Notes: generated by a model not told the origin, from the sequence alone. A stretch of DNA of 44,600 bases from Roseococcus sp. (GCA_051860645.1 JBHYDO010000001.1:1-44600), one strand, 5' to 3'. Counted from the first letter of the stretch, positions 34,979 to 44,600 are shown. Program-made: numbers and translations.

Positions 34979-35467
34979 TCACCCGCGGCGGGCGAAGACC
35001 CCGCGGGCCAGGCGTTCGAGCGCGGCGCGCAGTTCGCCCTCCGGCAGGGTGCCGAGGCGGGCGGTGGTGCCCTCCGGCAGGGTGACCGGGGCGGGCGGCG
35101 GTGCCGGCGGGGCGGGCAGGGCCCTGGGTGCGCGCTGGATGAAGGCCAGCTTGCGCACCGCCACCCGGCCCAGATGGGCGTTGATGCGCTCCATGACCAT
35201 GGGGCCCATCAGGGTCAGTTCCATGGCGGCCGGCCCACCGCAGGCCAGCGTCAGCGTGCCGGCGGACAGCTTGACCGGCTCGGCCATGGCGCCCAGCTCC
35301 GCCCCCATGATGCCGGGCCAGTCGGCCATGATCTGCGCGGCCTCGGCGCTGCGGCGGCGAAAGGCGGGGCGGGCCAGGCGCGGGATCAGCGCGCCCAACT
35401 CGTGCGGGCCGCGATACTCGGGGGCCGGGCTGGACAGCGGCGCCGGCGCGCCTTCCTTCTTCGCCAC
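34979..35467 (-). CDS. DUF721/DciA-like protein
   Basis: 'IMADWP.IMG.ELG..AEP.KL..GTLTL' and 'ERIN.HLG..AV.KL.F.Q'; usual position upstream of dsbA-smc. Start uncertain. Confidence 0.8.
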   Translation of the reverse strand: MAKKEGAPAPLSSPAPEYRGPHELGALIPRLARPAFRRRSAEAAQIMADWPGIMGAELGAMAEPVKLSAGTLTLACGGPAAMELTLMGPMVMERINAHLGRVAVRKLAFIQRAPRALPAPPAPPPAPVTLPEGTTARLGTLPEGELRAALERLARGVFARRG

Positions 35468-35468
35468 G

Positions 35469-36509
35469 ATGAAACCCTCCGCCCAAGACCTGCTGGCCTG
35501 GTATGACCGCACCGCGCGCCGCCTGCCCTGGCGCGGCACGGCCGACCCTTACCGCATCTGGGTCAGCGAGGTCATGCTGCAACAGACCACGGTGGCGGCG
35601 GTGGGGCCGCGTTATGCGCGTTTCCTGGCGCGCTTCCCCGACGTGGCGGCGCTGGCACGGGCCGAATGGGCCGAGCTGGCGGAAGAATGGGCCGGGCTGG
35701 GCTACTACGCCCGCGCGCGGAACCTGCACGCGGCGGCCCGGGCCATCGCGGGCGGCGCCATGCCGGACACAGTCGAGGCCTGGCGCGCCCTGCCCGGTAT
35801 CGGTCCCTACACCGCGGCCGCCATAGGGGCCATTGCGCTCGGCGCGCCTGTGGTGCCGATGGATGGCAATGTGGAGCGCGTGGTGGCGCGGCTGCACGCA
35901 ATGGAGGCCCCGCTCCCAGGCGCGCGCCCCGAACTGGCCCGCTTGGCGCAGGGCTTCACGGCGCAGCCGGCCATGCGCGCCCGCCCCGGTGACTTCGCCC
36001 AGGCGCTGTTCGACCTCGGCGCCACCATCTGCACCCCGCGCAATCCGGCCTGCGCCCTGTGCCCCTGGCGCGAGGCGTGCCGGGGGTTCGCTTCCGGCCT
36101 GGCGCCCAGCCTGCCGCGCAAGGCGCCGAAGGCCGCGCGGATGGTGCTGCATGGGGTGCATTTCGCCCTGCTGGACGCCGAGGGCCGCCTGCTGCTGCAC
36201 CGCCGCCCCGAAACCGGCCTGCTGGGCGGCATGCTGGCGCTTCCCGGCACCCCCTGGCGCGCAACGCCCTGGCAGGAGGCGGAAATCTCGCCCCATGCCC
36301 CGGCGCCGGGAGTGAACTGGCGCGCCCTGCCGGGCGAGGCCCGGCACGGCTTCACCCATCGGGAGTTGACCATGCGGCTCTGGGCCGCGCGGGCGTCCCG
36401 CCTGCCCCAGGGCGCCGAGAGCCTGTCGCTGGACGAGGCCGCCCGCCACCTGCCCAGCGCCATGCGCAAGCTGCTGCCGCTCCTCGCCGCCGGATTCATG
36501 GCGCCTTAA
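35469..36509 (+). CDS. mutY: A/G-specific adenine DNA glycosylase
   Basis: 'LPWR', 'WVSEVMLQQT', 'GLGYY.RARNLH', HhH 'LPGIGPYTA', 'DGNV.RV' and Fe-S C-x6-C-x2-C-x5-C. Confidence 0.95.
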   Translation: MKPSAQDLLAWYDRTARRLPWRGTADPYRIWVSEVMLQQTTVAAVGPRYARFLARFPDVAALARAEWAELAEEWAGLGYYARARNLHAAARAIAGGAMPDTVEAWRALPGIGPYTAAAIGAIALGAPVVPMDGNVERVVARLHAMEAPLPGARPELARLAQGFTAQPAMRARPGDFAQALFDLGATICTPRNPACALCPWREACRGFASGLAPSLPRKAPKAARMVLHGVHFALLDAEGRLLLHRRPETGLLGGMLALPGTPWRATPWQEAEISPHAPAPGVNWRALPGEARHGFTHRELTMRLWAARASRLPQGAESLSLDEAARHLPSAMRKLLPLLAAGFMAP

Positions 36510-36561
36510 CCGGCCGGGGTCATGGTGCCCCCGCGGCAGGAGGCTGCGGACGGGGAACATC

Positions 36562-37632
36562 TTGGCCAAGCGCGGCAAGGACAAGGGCGGCACGATCGTC
36601 ATCAAGCGGATCGAGGAGGGCGGCCATGGGCATCATGGCGGCGCCTGGAAGGTCGCCTATGCCGATTTCGTGACCGCCATGATGGCCTTCTTCCTGCTGA
36701 TGTGGCTGCTGAACGCCACCACCGAGGAGCAGCGCCGCGGCCTCGCGGACTTCTTCAACCCGTCCAATGCCCTGGCCTCCGGCCAATCCGGCCTCGGCCA
36801 GCCCTTCGGCGGCACCACCCCGCACAGCGTCGGAAGAATGGCCGCCGACACCGGCTCGCCCCGCGTTGAACGCGGGCCGCGCCCCACCCAGTCCGAGGCC
36901 GAGGAGGAGGAGGAGGAAGTGCTCCCCCCCATCGCCGATCAGGCCAACCCCAATGCGCCCCCCGGCGAGGAAAGCGCCCCGCCGCCGCGCCGCGTGGCCG
37001 AGGGCGAGGCCGGCAGCATCGAGGGCACGGCCGAGCCCGGCGCCGGGCCGATCACGGAACTGGGCACGCCCGGCGCCGAGAGCGAGGCCGCCCCGCTGGG
37101 CGAGGCGGCAGCGGCAGAGCAGGCCCGCCGCATCGCCGCAGTGGAGGCGGAGCAGGCCGCCTTGGAGGAGGCCGCCGATGCGTTGCGCGCCGCCTTCACC
37201 GCCGACCCCGCCCTGGCGGAACTCGCGCGGCAGATGCTGGTGGAGATCGTGCCCGAGGGTTTGCGCATTCAGATGCTGGAAAGCGACGGCACGCCGATGT
37301 TCGGCACGGCCGGCGCCACGCCCAATGAGCGCACGCGCCGTGCCATCCGCCAGGTGGCCGAGACGGTGGCCGGCCTGCCCAACCCGTTGACCGTGACCGG
37401 CCACACCGACAGCACGCCCTTCCGCGGCGGCACCCGCACCAACTGGGACCTCTCGGCCGACCGCGCCAACGCCACCCGCCGCCTGCTGACGGAGGGCGGC
37501 GTGGCCGAGGAGCGCCTGCGCGGCGTCATCGGCATGGCCGACCGGGAGCCGTTGCTGCCCGCCGACCCCCGCGCGGCGGGCAACCGCCGCGTTTCCATCA
37601 CCCTTCTGCGCCAGGCGGAGATGCCGCGATGA
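36562..37632 (+). CDS. motB: Flagellar stator protein MotB
   Basis: 'HHGGAWKVAYADFVTAMMAFF' and OmpA-like 'GHTD...NWDLS.DRAN...NRR'; TTG start. Confidence 0.92.
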   Translation: MAKRGKDKGGTIVIKRIEEGGHGHHGGAWKVAYADFVTAMMAFFLLMWLLNATTEEQRRGLADFFNPSNALASGQSGLGQPFGGTTPHSVGRMAADTGSPRVERGPRPTQSEAEEEEEEVLPPIADQANPNAPPGEESAPPPRRVAEGEAGSIEGTAEPGAGPITELGTPGAESEAAPLGEAAAAEQARRIAAVEAEQAALEEAADALRAAFTADPALAELARQMLVEIVPEGLRIQMLESDGTPMFGTAGATPNERTRRAIRQVAETVAGLPNPLTVTGHTDSTPFRGGTRTNWDLSADRANATRRLLTEGGVAEERLRGVIGMADREPLLPADPRAAGNRRVSITLLRQAEMPR

Positions 37633-38495
37633 CCACGATCGGTGGCTTCATCTTCCTGCTCATCATGGTGTTCGGCGGCTATCTGATCGCCGGCGGCAAG
37701 TTCGACATCATCATCAAGGCGCTGCCCTTCGAGATGATGATGATCGGAGGTGCCGCCATCGGTTCGTTCCTGATGGCCAATTCGATGCACGACGTGAAGC
37801 ACACGATGGGCGGCATCGGGAAGATCATCAAGGGCGGGCGCTTCAAGAAGCAGGACTACACGGATCTGTTGTCGCTGCTGTACTTCTTCGTACGCCTCGC
37901 CCAGACCAAGGGCGCGATGGCGCTGGAGCCGCACATCGAGAAGCCCAGCGAGAGTGCGGCCTTCGCGAAATTCCCCAAGATCCTGGCCGACCACCACGCG
38001 ACCGACCTGATCTGCGACTATCTCCGCATGGTCGGCATGAACGCCGACGACCCGCACCAGATCGAGGACATGATGGCGCGGGAGCTGAAGAAGATCAAAG
38101 AGGAGGAGCTCCACTCCTCGCACGCGCTGCAATCCGTGGCGGATGCCTTCCCGGCGCTGGGCATCGTGGCCGCGGTGCTGGGCGTGATCAAGACCATGGC
38201 CTCGATCGACCAGCCGCCTGCGGTGCTGGGCAAGATGATCGGCGGCGCGCTGGTCGGCACCTTCCTGGGCGTGCTGCTGGCCTATGGGCTGACGGGGCCA
38301 ATGGCGGCAAGGCTGAAGGGCGTGGTGGAGGAGGAGTCACTCTACTACGAGGTGATCCGCGCCGTCATCGTCGCGCATCTGCACGGCAATGCGCCGCAGG
38401 TCTCGGTGGAGACGGGCCGCAAGGTGGCCCCCACCCAGTTCATGCCGAGCTTCGCCGACATGGACGCCGCCCTGCAGGAGCTGACGGTGGCTTGA
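37629..38495 (+). CDS. motA: Flagellar stator protein MotA
   Basis: 'LEPHIE.P..S..F', 'PALGIVAAVLGV' and 'GALVGTFLG.LLAYG...P'. Confidence 0.93.
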   Translation: MTTIGGFIFLLIMVFGGYLIAGGKFDIIIKALPFEMMMIGGAAIGSFLMANSMHDVKHTMGGIGKIIKGGRFKKQDYTDLLSLLYFFVRLAQTKGAMALEPHIEKPSESAAFAKFPKILADHHATDLICDYLRMVGMNADDPHQIEDMMARELKKIKEEELHSSHALQSVADAFPALGIVAAVLGVIKTMASIDQPPAVLGKMIGGALVGTFLGVLLAYGLTGPMAARLKGVVEEESLYYEVIRAVIVAHLHGNAPQVSVETGRKVAPTQFMPSFADMDAALQELTVA

Positions 38496-38528
38496 CGCGA
38501 CCGGGCGCGGCCCCTCCCCTTCCAGCCC

Positions 38529-38987
38529 ATGGACCTGCCCGAACATTTCCGCGCCCAGGCGCATTCGCCCTTCCACGACCTGCTCGGGATCGACATCATC
38601 CTGTGGGAGGAGGGCCGGGCCCGGTTGCGCTGCCTCCCCGGCCCGCTGCACGGCAACCGCTCCGGCATCGTGCATGGCGGCGTGATGCTGGCGCTGCTGG
38701 ACCAGGCCAACGCCTTCGCAGGGCTGTTCTGCCCGACGCCCGGCCGCCGCCGCCATGCCGTGACGCTGGACCTCGACACGCGATTCACCGGGCAGGGCAG
38801 GCTGGGCGTGCCGCTGATCGCGGAGGGTATGCTGGTCACCGCCGGCCGCAACATCTTCTTCGCGCGGGGCGAGGTGCGCGACGAGGGCGGTGCGCTGGTG
38901 GCCTTCGGCGCCTCCACCCACCGGTACCGGTCGGGCAGTCATGAACTGCAGGGCGTGCCTGCGGCCGGGGCTGACGGAAGCGCTTGA
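38529..38987 (+). CDS. PaaI-family hotdog-fold thioesterase
   Basis: 'H.N..GIVHGGV...LLD'. Confidence 0.88.
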   Translation: MDLPEHFRAQAHSPFHDLLGIDIILWEEGRARLRCLPGPLHGNRSGIVHGGVMLALLDQANAFAGLFCPTPGRRRHAVTLDLDTRFTGQGRLGVPLIAEGMLVTAGRNIFFARGEVRDEGGALVAFGASTHRYRSGSHELQGVPAAGADGSA

Positions 38988-39055
38988 CGCCGGGCCGAAC
39001 TCATGTGGATTGTCATGGAAATGGCCACCCAGGCTGCATGACGGAAGAGAAACAG

Positions 39056-40663
39056 ATGATGCCGAGCCTCCCCAAGCGCGCCCTGCTCTCCGCCGGCGGT
39101 GCGGCCCTCGCCGCCGCCGCCCTGCCCGGCGCGCGGGAGGCGCAGGCCCAGACGCCGCGCACCGCCCTCGTGATCGCAGATCAGATTGACGGCCTCGTTG
39201 CTCTCGACCCGCACCACTCCTTCGAGGTCATTGGCAGCGACCTGCTGAAGAACGTCTATGACCAGCTCTTCACGCTCGATCCCACCAAGCAGACGGCCGA
39301 GCTGCAACCCGGCCTCGCCGAGAGCTTCACCGTCTCCGACGATGGCCGCACCTTCACCTTCCAGATCCGCCAGGGGGTGCGCTTCCACTCGGGAAACGCG
39401 CTGACCGCGGCCGACGTGGTCTATTCGCTGCGCCGCCCGCTGCTGATCAACCGCACGCCCTCCTTCATGTATCGCAGCGTCGGCCTGACGCGCGACAATG
39501 TGGAGCAGACGGTGCGGCAGGCGGGCGAGTTCACCGTCTCCGTCACCTTCAACCGCGCCTATGCGCCCAGCCTCATCCAGAACCTGTTCACCGCCACCAT
39601 CGCCTCGGTGCTGGACAGCCGGTTGGTGCAGCAGAATGCCGGCGAGGACATGGGCAACGCCTGGCTCAACCGCAATTCCGCGGCGTCGGGCGCCTACCGC
39701 ATTGCGCGCTACCAGCCCAATGAGAGCTACACGCTGGAGCGCAACGACAATTGGTGGCGCGGCCGCGCGAACATGCAGCGCGTCATCGTCCGCCATGTGC
39801 CCGAGGCGGCGACGCAGCGCCTGCTGCTGGAGCGTGGCGACGTGGACGTGGCGCGCAACCTGACGCCCACCGACATCGCGGCACTTCGCGGCCGGCCCAA
39901 CCTCACCATCGCGGAATTCCCGCGCGGCACCATCCAGTATTTCAGCGCCAACGTGACCTTCCCGCTGTTGCAGAACCCGAAGGTGGTGGAGGCGCTGAAG
40001 TATCTGGTGGATTATGACGGCATCGCGAACAGCCTGCTGCCCGGCCAGGTGTTTCCGCACCAGAGCTTCATCCCGCGCGCCATCCTGGGCGCCGTGGACA
40101 CGCGGCCCTACACCTACGACCCCGACCGCGCCCGCCGACTGCTGGCCGAGGCGGGTCACAACAACGGCATCGCGCTGACCATCGACACGGCCAACAGCTT
40201 CCCCTCGCTCGACGTGGCGCAGACGCTGCAGGCCAGCATGGCCCGCGGCGGCGTTCGGCTGGAGGTGCTGCCGGCCACCGGGGCCCAGGTGCTGGCCAAG
40301 TTCCGGGCCCGCAACCACCAGCTGTTCATCGGCATCTGGGGCCTGGGCTATCCGGACCCGCACTACAACGCGGACAGCTTCAGCAGCAACCCGCCGGGCG
40401 CCGACAACCCGGGCAAGCTCACCTGGCGCAATGGCTGGGACATTCCCGAGCTGACGCAGCGCACCGCAGCGGCGATGAGCGAGCGCGACCAGAACGCCCG
40501 CGCCGCCATCTACCGCCAGATCCAGGAGGAGTTCATGAACACCTCCCCCTTCGCCATCTTCGCGCAGCAGCAGGTGCAGGTGGCGCACCGCTCCAACCTG
40601 AGCGGCTACATGGCGAGCTCGCCCGGCCTGTCCGCGATCTACTGGCTCGCGACCAAGGGCTGA
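39056..40663 (+). CDS. Peptide/nickel ABC transporter substrate-binding protein (family 5)
   Basis: 'LDP', 'LAESFTVSDDGRTFTF.IRQGVRFHSGN.LTA.DV.YS'; Tat-like signal. Confidence 0.92.
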   Translation: MMPSLPKRALLSAGGAALAAAALPGAREAQAQTPRTALVIADQIDGLVALDPHHSFEVIGSDLLKNVYDQLFTLDPTKQTAELQPGLAESFTVSDDGRTFTFQIRQGVRFHSGNALTAADVVYSLRRPLLINRTPSFMYRSVGLTRDNVEQTVRQAGEFTVSVTFNRAYAPSLIQNLFTATIASVLDSRLVQQNAGEDMGNAWLNRNSAASGAYRIARYQPNESYTLERNDNWWRGRANMQRVIVRHVPEAATQRLLLERGDVDVARNLTPTDIAALRGRPNLTIAEFPRGTIQYFSANVTFPLLQNPKVVEALKYLVDYDGIANSLLPGQVFPHQSFIPRAILGAVDTRPYTYDPDRARRLLAEAGHNNGIALTIDTANSFPSLDVAQTLQASMARGGVRLEVLPATGAQVLAKFRARNHQLFIGIWGLGYPDPHYNADSFSSNPPGADNPGKLTWRNGWDIPELTQRTAAAMSERDQNARAAIYRQIQEEFMNTSPFAIFAQQQVQVAHRSNLSGYMASSPGLSAIYWLATKG

Positions 40664-40667
40664 GTTC

Positions 40668-41708
40668 ATGAGCGCCACGACGAGCGGGGCCGGCGCGCTG
40701 CGGGGCGCCCGCCGGGGGGGCGAGTTCGTCCTCCAGGTGGCGCTGACACTGCTGGGCCTGCTGGCCGTCACCTTCTTCATCGGCCGTGTGGTGCCCATAG
40801 ACCCGGTGCTGGCCGTGGTGGGCGACCAGGCGCCGCGCGACGTCTATGAGGCGGTGCGGATCGAGCTGGGGTTGGATCAGCCGCTGTGGTGGCAGTTCTG
40901 GCTCTATGTGCAGAAGATGGCGGTGGGGGATTTCGGCAATTCGCTGGTGACGAACCGGCCGGTACTGGACGACATCGCGCGCGTGTTCCCCGCCACGCTG
41001 GAGCTGGCCACCATCGCCACCATCATCGGCGTGGTGCTGGGCGTGCCGATGGGCATCGCCGGGGCCGTCTATCAGGATCGCTGGCCGGACCAGCTGGTGC
41101 GGGTGATCGGGCTTGTCGGCTATTCGGTGCCGATCTTCTGGCTCGGCATCATGGGGCTGCTGGTGTTCTACGGCATCCTGGGCTGGGTCTCGGGGCCGGG
41201 GCGGCTCGGCGTGTTCTTCGAGGACATCGTGGACCCGGTGACGGGCGTGATCCTCATCGACTCCGTCATTGCGGGTGAGTGGGAGGTGTTCTGGAACGCC
41301 GTCAGCCACGTCGTGCTGCCGGCGGCGGTGCTGGGGTATTTCTCCATCGCCTACATCGCGCGCATGACCCGCAGCTTCATGCTCGACCAGCTCAGCCAGG
41401 AATATGTGGTGACGGCGCGGGCCAAGGGGCTTTCCGAGGCGCGCATCATCTGGGTGCACGCTCTGAAGAACATCTCCGTCCAGCTCATCACCGTCATTGC
41501 GCTGTCCTATGCGCGGCTGCTCGAAGGCGCGGTGCTGACCGAGACGGTCTTCGCCTGGCCGGGCCTCGGCCGCTACCTCACCACCGCGCTGCTGGCCGGT
41601 GACATGAACGCGGTGCTGGGCGGCACGCTGGTGGTGGGCGCGGTCTTCGTGGGGCTGAACCTGTTGTCGGATGCGCTCTACAAGCTGATGGACCCGAGGG
41701 CACGATGA
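40668..41708 (+). CDS. dppB: Peptide ABC transporter permease (DppB-like)
   Basis: 'LGLDQPL..QF', 'PATLELA', EAA loop 'YV.TARAKG' and 'ETVFAWPGLG'. Confidence 0.9.
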   Translation: MSATTSGAGALRGARRGGEFVLQVALTLLGLLAVTFFIGRVVPIDPVLAVVGDQAPRDVYEAVRIELGLDQPLWWQFWLYVQKMAVGDFGNSLVTNRPVLDDIARVFPATLELATIATIIGVVLGVPMGIAGAVYQDRWPDQLVRVIGLVGYSVPIFWLGIMGLLVFYGILGWVSGPGRLGVFFEDIVDPVTGVILIDSVIAGEWEVFWNAVSHVVLPAAVLGYFSIAYIARMTRSFMLDQLSQEYVVTARAKGLSEARIIWVHALKNISVQLITVIALSYARLLEGAVLTETVFAWPGLGRYLTTALLAGDMNAVLGGTLVVGAVFVGLNLLSDALYKLMDPRAR

Positions 41709-42658
41709 ACCATCCGCGCGCCTCCGGCGAAATCAACGATCCGCGCGCCTCCGGCGCGACGACCACCTGGCGCGCGCAACTCCTGACCGACACGCCGGCC
41801 TCGCGCAACCAGGCGCGGATGGGGCAATTCTATCGCGGCTGGTTGCAGTTCAAGCGCAACAAGCTGGCGGTGCTGGGCCTGCTGATCGTGCTGCTGCTGA
41901 TCGTGGTCGCTGCCTTCGCGCCCTGGATCGCCACGCATGATCCCTACGCGCAGGACCTGGCGCGGCGCCTGCTGCCGCCGGGCACCTCGGGCCACTGGCT
42001 CGGCACCGACGAATTCGGGCGCGACACCTTCTCGCGCCTGGTCTATGGCGCGCGCATCACGCTGATGATCGTGGTGCTGGTGGCGGCCATCGCGGCCCCC
42101 ATCGGGCTGCTGGTGGGCACGGCGGCGGGCTATGCGGGCGGCTGGCTGGATGCGGTGCTGATGCGCGTCACCGACGTCTTCCTGGCATTCCCGAGCCTCA
42201 TCCTCGCGCTGGCCTTCGTCGCCGCCCTGGGGCCGGGCATCGAGAACGCCATCATCGCCATCGCGCTCACGGCCTGGCCGCCCTATGCGCGCATCGCCCG
42301 CGCCGAGACCATCACCATCCGCAACAGCGACTACATCGCGGTGGCGCGCATGCAGGGGGCGCGGACGGCGCGCATCCTCTGGGCCTACATCATGCCGCTC
42401 TGCGTGGCGTCGCTGGTGGTGCGCGTGACGCTGGACATGGCGGGCATCATCCTCACCGCGGCGGGCCTGGGCTTCCTGGGCCTCGGCGCGCAGCCGCCCA
42501 TGGCGGAGTGGGGGGCGATGATCTCGGCCGGGCGCCGCTATGTGCTGGACCAGTGGTGGGTCGCGACCATCCCTGGCATCGCCATCATCACCGTCAGCCT
42601 CGCCTTCAACCTGCTGGGCGATGGGCTGCGCGACGTGCTGGACCCGCGCAAGTCATGA
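41705..42658 (+). CDS. dppC: Peptide ABC transporter permease (DppC-like)
   Basis: 'HWLGTDEFGRD.FSR..YGAR', 'LGFLGLG.QPP..EWG' and 'FNLLGDGLRD.LDP'. Confidence 0.9.
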   Translation: MNHPRASGEINDPRASGATTTWRAQLLTDTPASRNQARMGQFYRGWLQFKRNKLAVLGLLIVLLLIVVAAFAPWIATHDPYAQDLARRLLPPGTSGHWLGTDEFGRDTFSRLVYGARITLMIVVLVAAIAAPIGLLVGTAAGYAGGWLDAVLMRVTDVFLAFPSLILALAFVAALGPGIENAIIAIALTAWPPYARIARAETITIRNSDYIAVARMQGARTARILWAYIMPLCVASLVVRVTLDMAGIILTAAGLGFLGLGAQPPMAEWGAMISAGRRYVLDQWWVATIPGIAIITVSLAFNLLGDGLRDVLDPRKS

Positions 42659-43479
42659 CGACGCCCCTGCTGGAGGTCGAGGACCTCCGCGTCACCTTCC
42701 CAACCCCCACCGGGCCCTTCCGCGCGGTGCGCGGCGTGTCCTTCACACTGGGCCGCGAGCGCCTGGGCATCGTGGGCGAGAGCGGCTCGGGCAAGTCGCT
42801 GACGGGGCGGTCGCTGCTGCGGCTGCTGCCGGCGCATGCGAAGCTGGAAGCCAAGCGCCTGCGCTTCGACGGGCAGGATTTGCTCTCGGCCAGCCCGCGC
42901 GAGATGCGCGCGCTGCGCGGCAAGCGCATCTCTCTGGTGCTGCAGGACCCGAAGTATTCGCTCAACCCCGTGATGCGCGTGGGCGAGCAGATCGCCGAGG
43001 CCGTGCGCGACCGCGGCGACCCGAAACGCCGTGCCCTGGAAATGCTGGAGGCCGTCCGCATCCGCGACCCGGAGCGCGTCTATGGCCTCTATCCGCACGA
43101 GGTCTCGGGCGGCATGGGCCAGCGCATCATGATCGCGATGATGCTGGCGCCGGAGCCGGATTTGCTCATCGCGGACGAACCCACATCCGCGCTGGACGTT
43201 ACGGTTCAGATGCAGGTGCTGGCCATCCTGGACGATTTGGTGGCCAGGCGCGGCATGGGGTTGATCTTCATCAGCCATGACCTCGACCTCGTCGCCTCCT
43301 TCTGCGATCGCGTGCTGGTGATGTATGGCGGCCGCGTGATGGAGGAGCGCAACGCGCGTGACCTGCGCGCCGCCATCCACCCCTACACCCAGGGCCTGCT
43401 CAACAGCCTGCCGCGCATCAACGACGACCGCGCCGAACTGCCCACCCTCAAGCGCGATCCCGCATGGCTGGAGGAATGA
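42655..43479 (+). CDS. dppD: Peptide ABC transporter ATP-binding protein (DppD-like)
   Basis: GESGSGKS, 'YPHEVSGGM' and 'IADEPTSALD'. Confidence 0.92.
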   Translation: MTTPLLEVEDLRVTFPTPTGPFRAVRGVSFTLGRERLGIVGESGSGKSLTGRSLLRLLPAHAKLEAKRLRFDGQDLLSASPREMRALRGKRISLVLQDPKYSLNPVMRVGEQIAEAVRDRGDPKRRALEMLEAVRIRDPERVYGLYPHEVSGGMGQRIMIAMMLAPEPDLLIADEPTSALDVTVQMQVLAILDDLVARRGMGLIFISHDLDLVASFCDRVLVMYGGRVMEERNARDLRAAIHPYTQGLLNSLPRINDDRAELPTLKRDPAWLEE

Positions 43480-43483
43480 CCGC

Positions 43484-44257
43484 ATGATCAACGTGCGGAA
43501 CCTCACCGTGACATTCGGCCAGGGCGCGCAGGCCGTGCAGGCGGCGCGCGACGTCACCTTCACCGTGGCCGAGGGCGAGAGCTTCGGCCTCGTGGGCGAA
43601 AGCGGCTCCGGCAAGTCCACCGTGCTGCGCGTGCTGGCGGGGCTGAACCCGAGCTGGAAGGGCGAAGCCGCGGTGGCGGGTGTCTCGGTGGGCGCGCGCG
43701 ATGCGCGGCTGCCGCGCCTCGTGCAGATGGTGTTCCAGGACCCCTATTCCTCGCTGCACCCGCGCCACACCGTGGACCGTGCGCTGTCCGAGCCGCTGGA
43801 AATCCAGGGCATCGGCGATGTGGGAAGGCGGGTGGAGCGGGCGCTCTCCGATGTGGGCCTCGGCCCCGCCTTCCGCTTCCGCTACCCGAACCAGCTTTCC
43901 GGTGGGCAGCGGCAGCGCGTGGCCATCGCGCGGGCGCTGATGCTGGAACCCAAGGTGCTGCTGCTGGACGAGCCGACCTCCGCGCTCGATGTCAGTGTGC
44001 AGGCGGAAATCCTGAACCTGTTGCGGAAGCTGCGCCGGGAACGCGGGCTGACCATGCTGCTGGTGAGCCACAATCTGGCGGTCATCGCCCATATGTGCGA
44101 CCGGCTGGCGGTGATGAACCGCGGCGCCATCGTCGAGGAGATGGACGTGGCCACGCTGCGCCGGGAGGCCCCGCGCGAGGCCTATACGCGGCAGCTTCTC
44201 CTCGCCAGCCGCGGCTATGACCGCGAGGTGGCGGCGGGAATCGTCACCTATGATTGA
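43484..44257 (+). CDS. dppF: Peptide ABC transporter ATP-binding protein (DppF-like)
   Basis: GESGSGKS, 'QMVFQDP', LSGGQRQR and 'LDEPTSALD'. Confidence 0.92.
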   Translation: MINVRNLTVTFGQGAQAVQAARDVTFTVAEGESFGLVGESGSGKSTVLRVLAGLNPSWKGEAAVAGVSVGARDARLPRLVQMVFQDPYSSLHPRHTVDRALSEPLEIQGIGDVGRRVERALSDVGLGPAFRFRYPNQLSGGQRQRVAIARALMLEPKVLLLDEPTSALDVSVQAEILNLLRKLRRERGLTMLLVSHNLAVIAHMCDRLAVMNRGAIVEEMDVATLRREAPREAYTRQLLLASRGYDREVAAGIVTYD

Positions 44258-44371
44258 TGGGGCCGTGCCGGCCGCCCGGCGCCCAACCCTGCTGGCGGTT
44301 GTGTCCTGGCCGGACCGCAAGCGGCGCTGAACCGCGCCATGAGCGACGCCCTGCGCCGGCCCCGCCCCGCT

Positions 44372-44600
44372 TCAATCCTGCCGCGCCACGTAGCGCGCCA
44401 ACCCCAACAGCGCCGGCTGCGGGTGCGCGATGACGTGCACCGGGACGCGCGAGAGATAGGCCTGCATCTTGGGCTTGTCGCGGAATCGGTTGAGGAAGGC
44501 CTCCACCGGCAGCAGGTCGAACAGCTTCTGGGCGGCGCCCCCGGCCAGATATACGCCGCCGCGTGCGCCCAGCAGCAGCGCCGCGTCGCCGCAGAACCCG
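44372..44600 (-). CDS. glk: Glucokinase, C-terminal part (gene runs off the window)
   Basis: Manual translation GFCGDAALLLGARGGVYLAGG...F..RF.DK..M..YL..VPVHVI.HP.PALLG matches the Glk C-terminus. Confidence 0.8.
   Translation of the reverse strand, partial: GFCGDAALLLGARGGVYLAGGAAQKLFDLLPVEAFLNRFRDKPKMQAYLSRVPVHVIAHPQPALLGLARYVARQD

Noticed and set aside
36562-38495. Zorya ZorAB anti-phage motor
   Set aside because: Both proteins have canonical flagellar MotA/MotB motifs and lengths; there is no long ZorA tail and no zorC/D/E.
1-44600. Numerous long antisense and alternate-frame ORFs in the track (e.g. 929-2809, 6242-8278, 17040-19547, 30545-32317)
   Set aside because: Shadow ORFs expected from stop-codon scarcity at very high GC; they overlap well-supported genes and have no recognisable motifs.

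Overview
A GC-rich alphaproteobacterial chromosome segment; gene content and synteny suggest Acetobacteraceae/Roseomonas-like Rhodospirillales (inference). Most of the window is housekeeping: class I lysS with an mprF-like gene, an atzG/E/H (hpxX/Y/Z)-like amidase cluster, a frameshifted rsmB-family gene, dedA, a TroABCD-type metal ABC importer with a divergent SmtB-type regulator, an aa3-type cox operon, an M32 carboxypeptidase, a decayed CPA2 antiporter, pmtA, creatininase, a photolyase-like gene, tRNA-Gly(CCC) between two toxin-antitoxin pairs, smc-dsbA-DUF721/mutY, motB-motA, a Dpp-type ABC transporter and the 3' end of glk. The stand-out is the left ~4.5 kb. It holds a T7/podovirus-type head module (small virion protein, portal, scaffold; apparently continuing off the left edge), two hypothetical genes and a divergent LexA/CI-like S24 repressor. 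The module abuts core genes with no integrase, att site, replication or terminase gene in view. Its non-coding DNA carries a shared TAGGAA operator-like motif at two promoters, a promoter-proximal intrinsic terminator with a CU-rich leader/sRNA, and tandem CU-loop hairpins. This is best read as a candidate domesticated podovirus-type gene transfer agent (GTA)-like system, possibly controlled by repression plus antitermination. All calls come from reading the sequence and recalled family motifs; no database searches were run.
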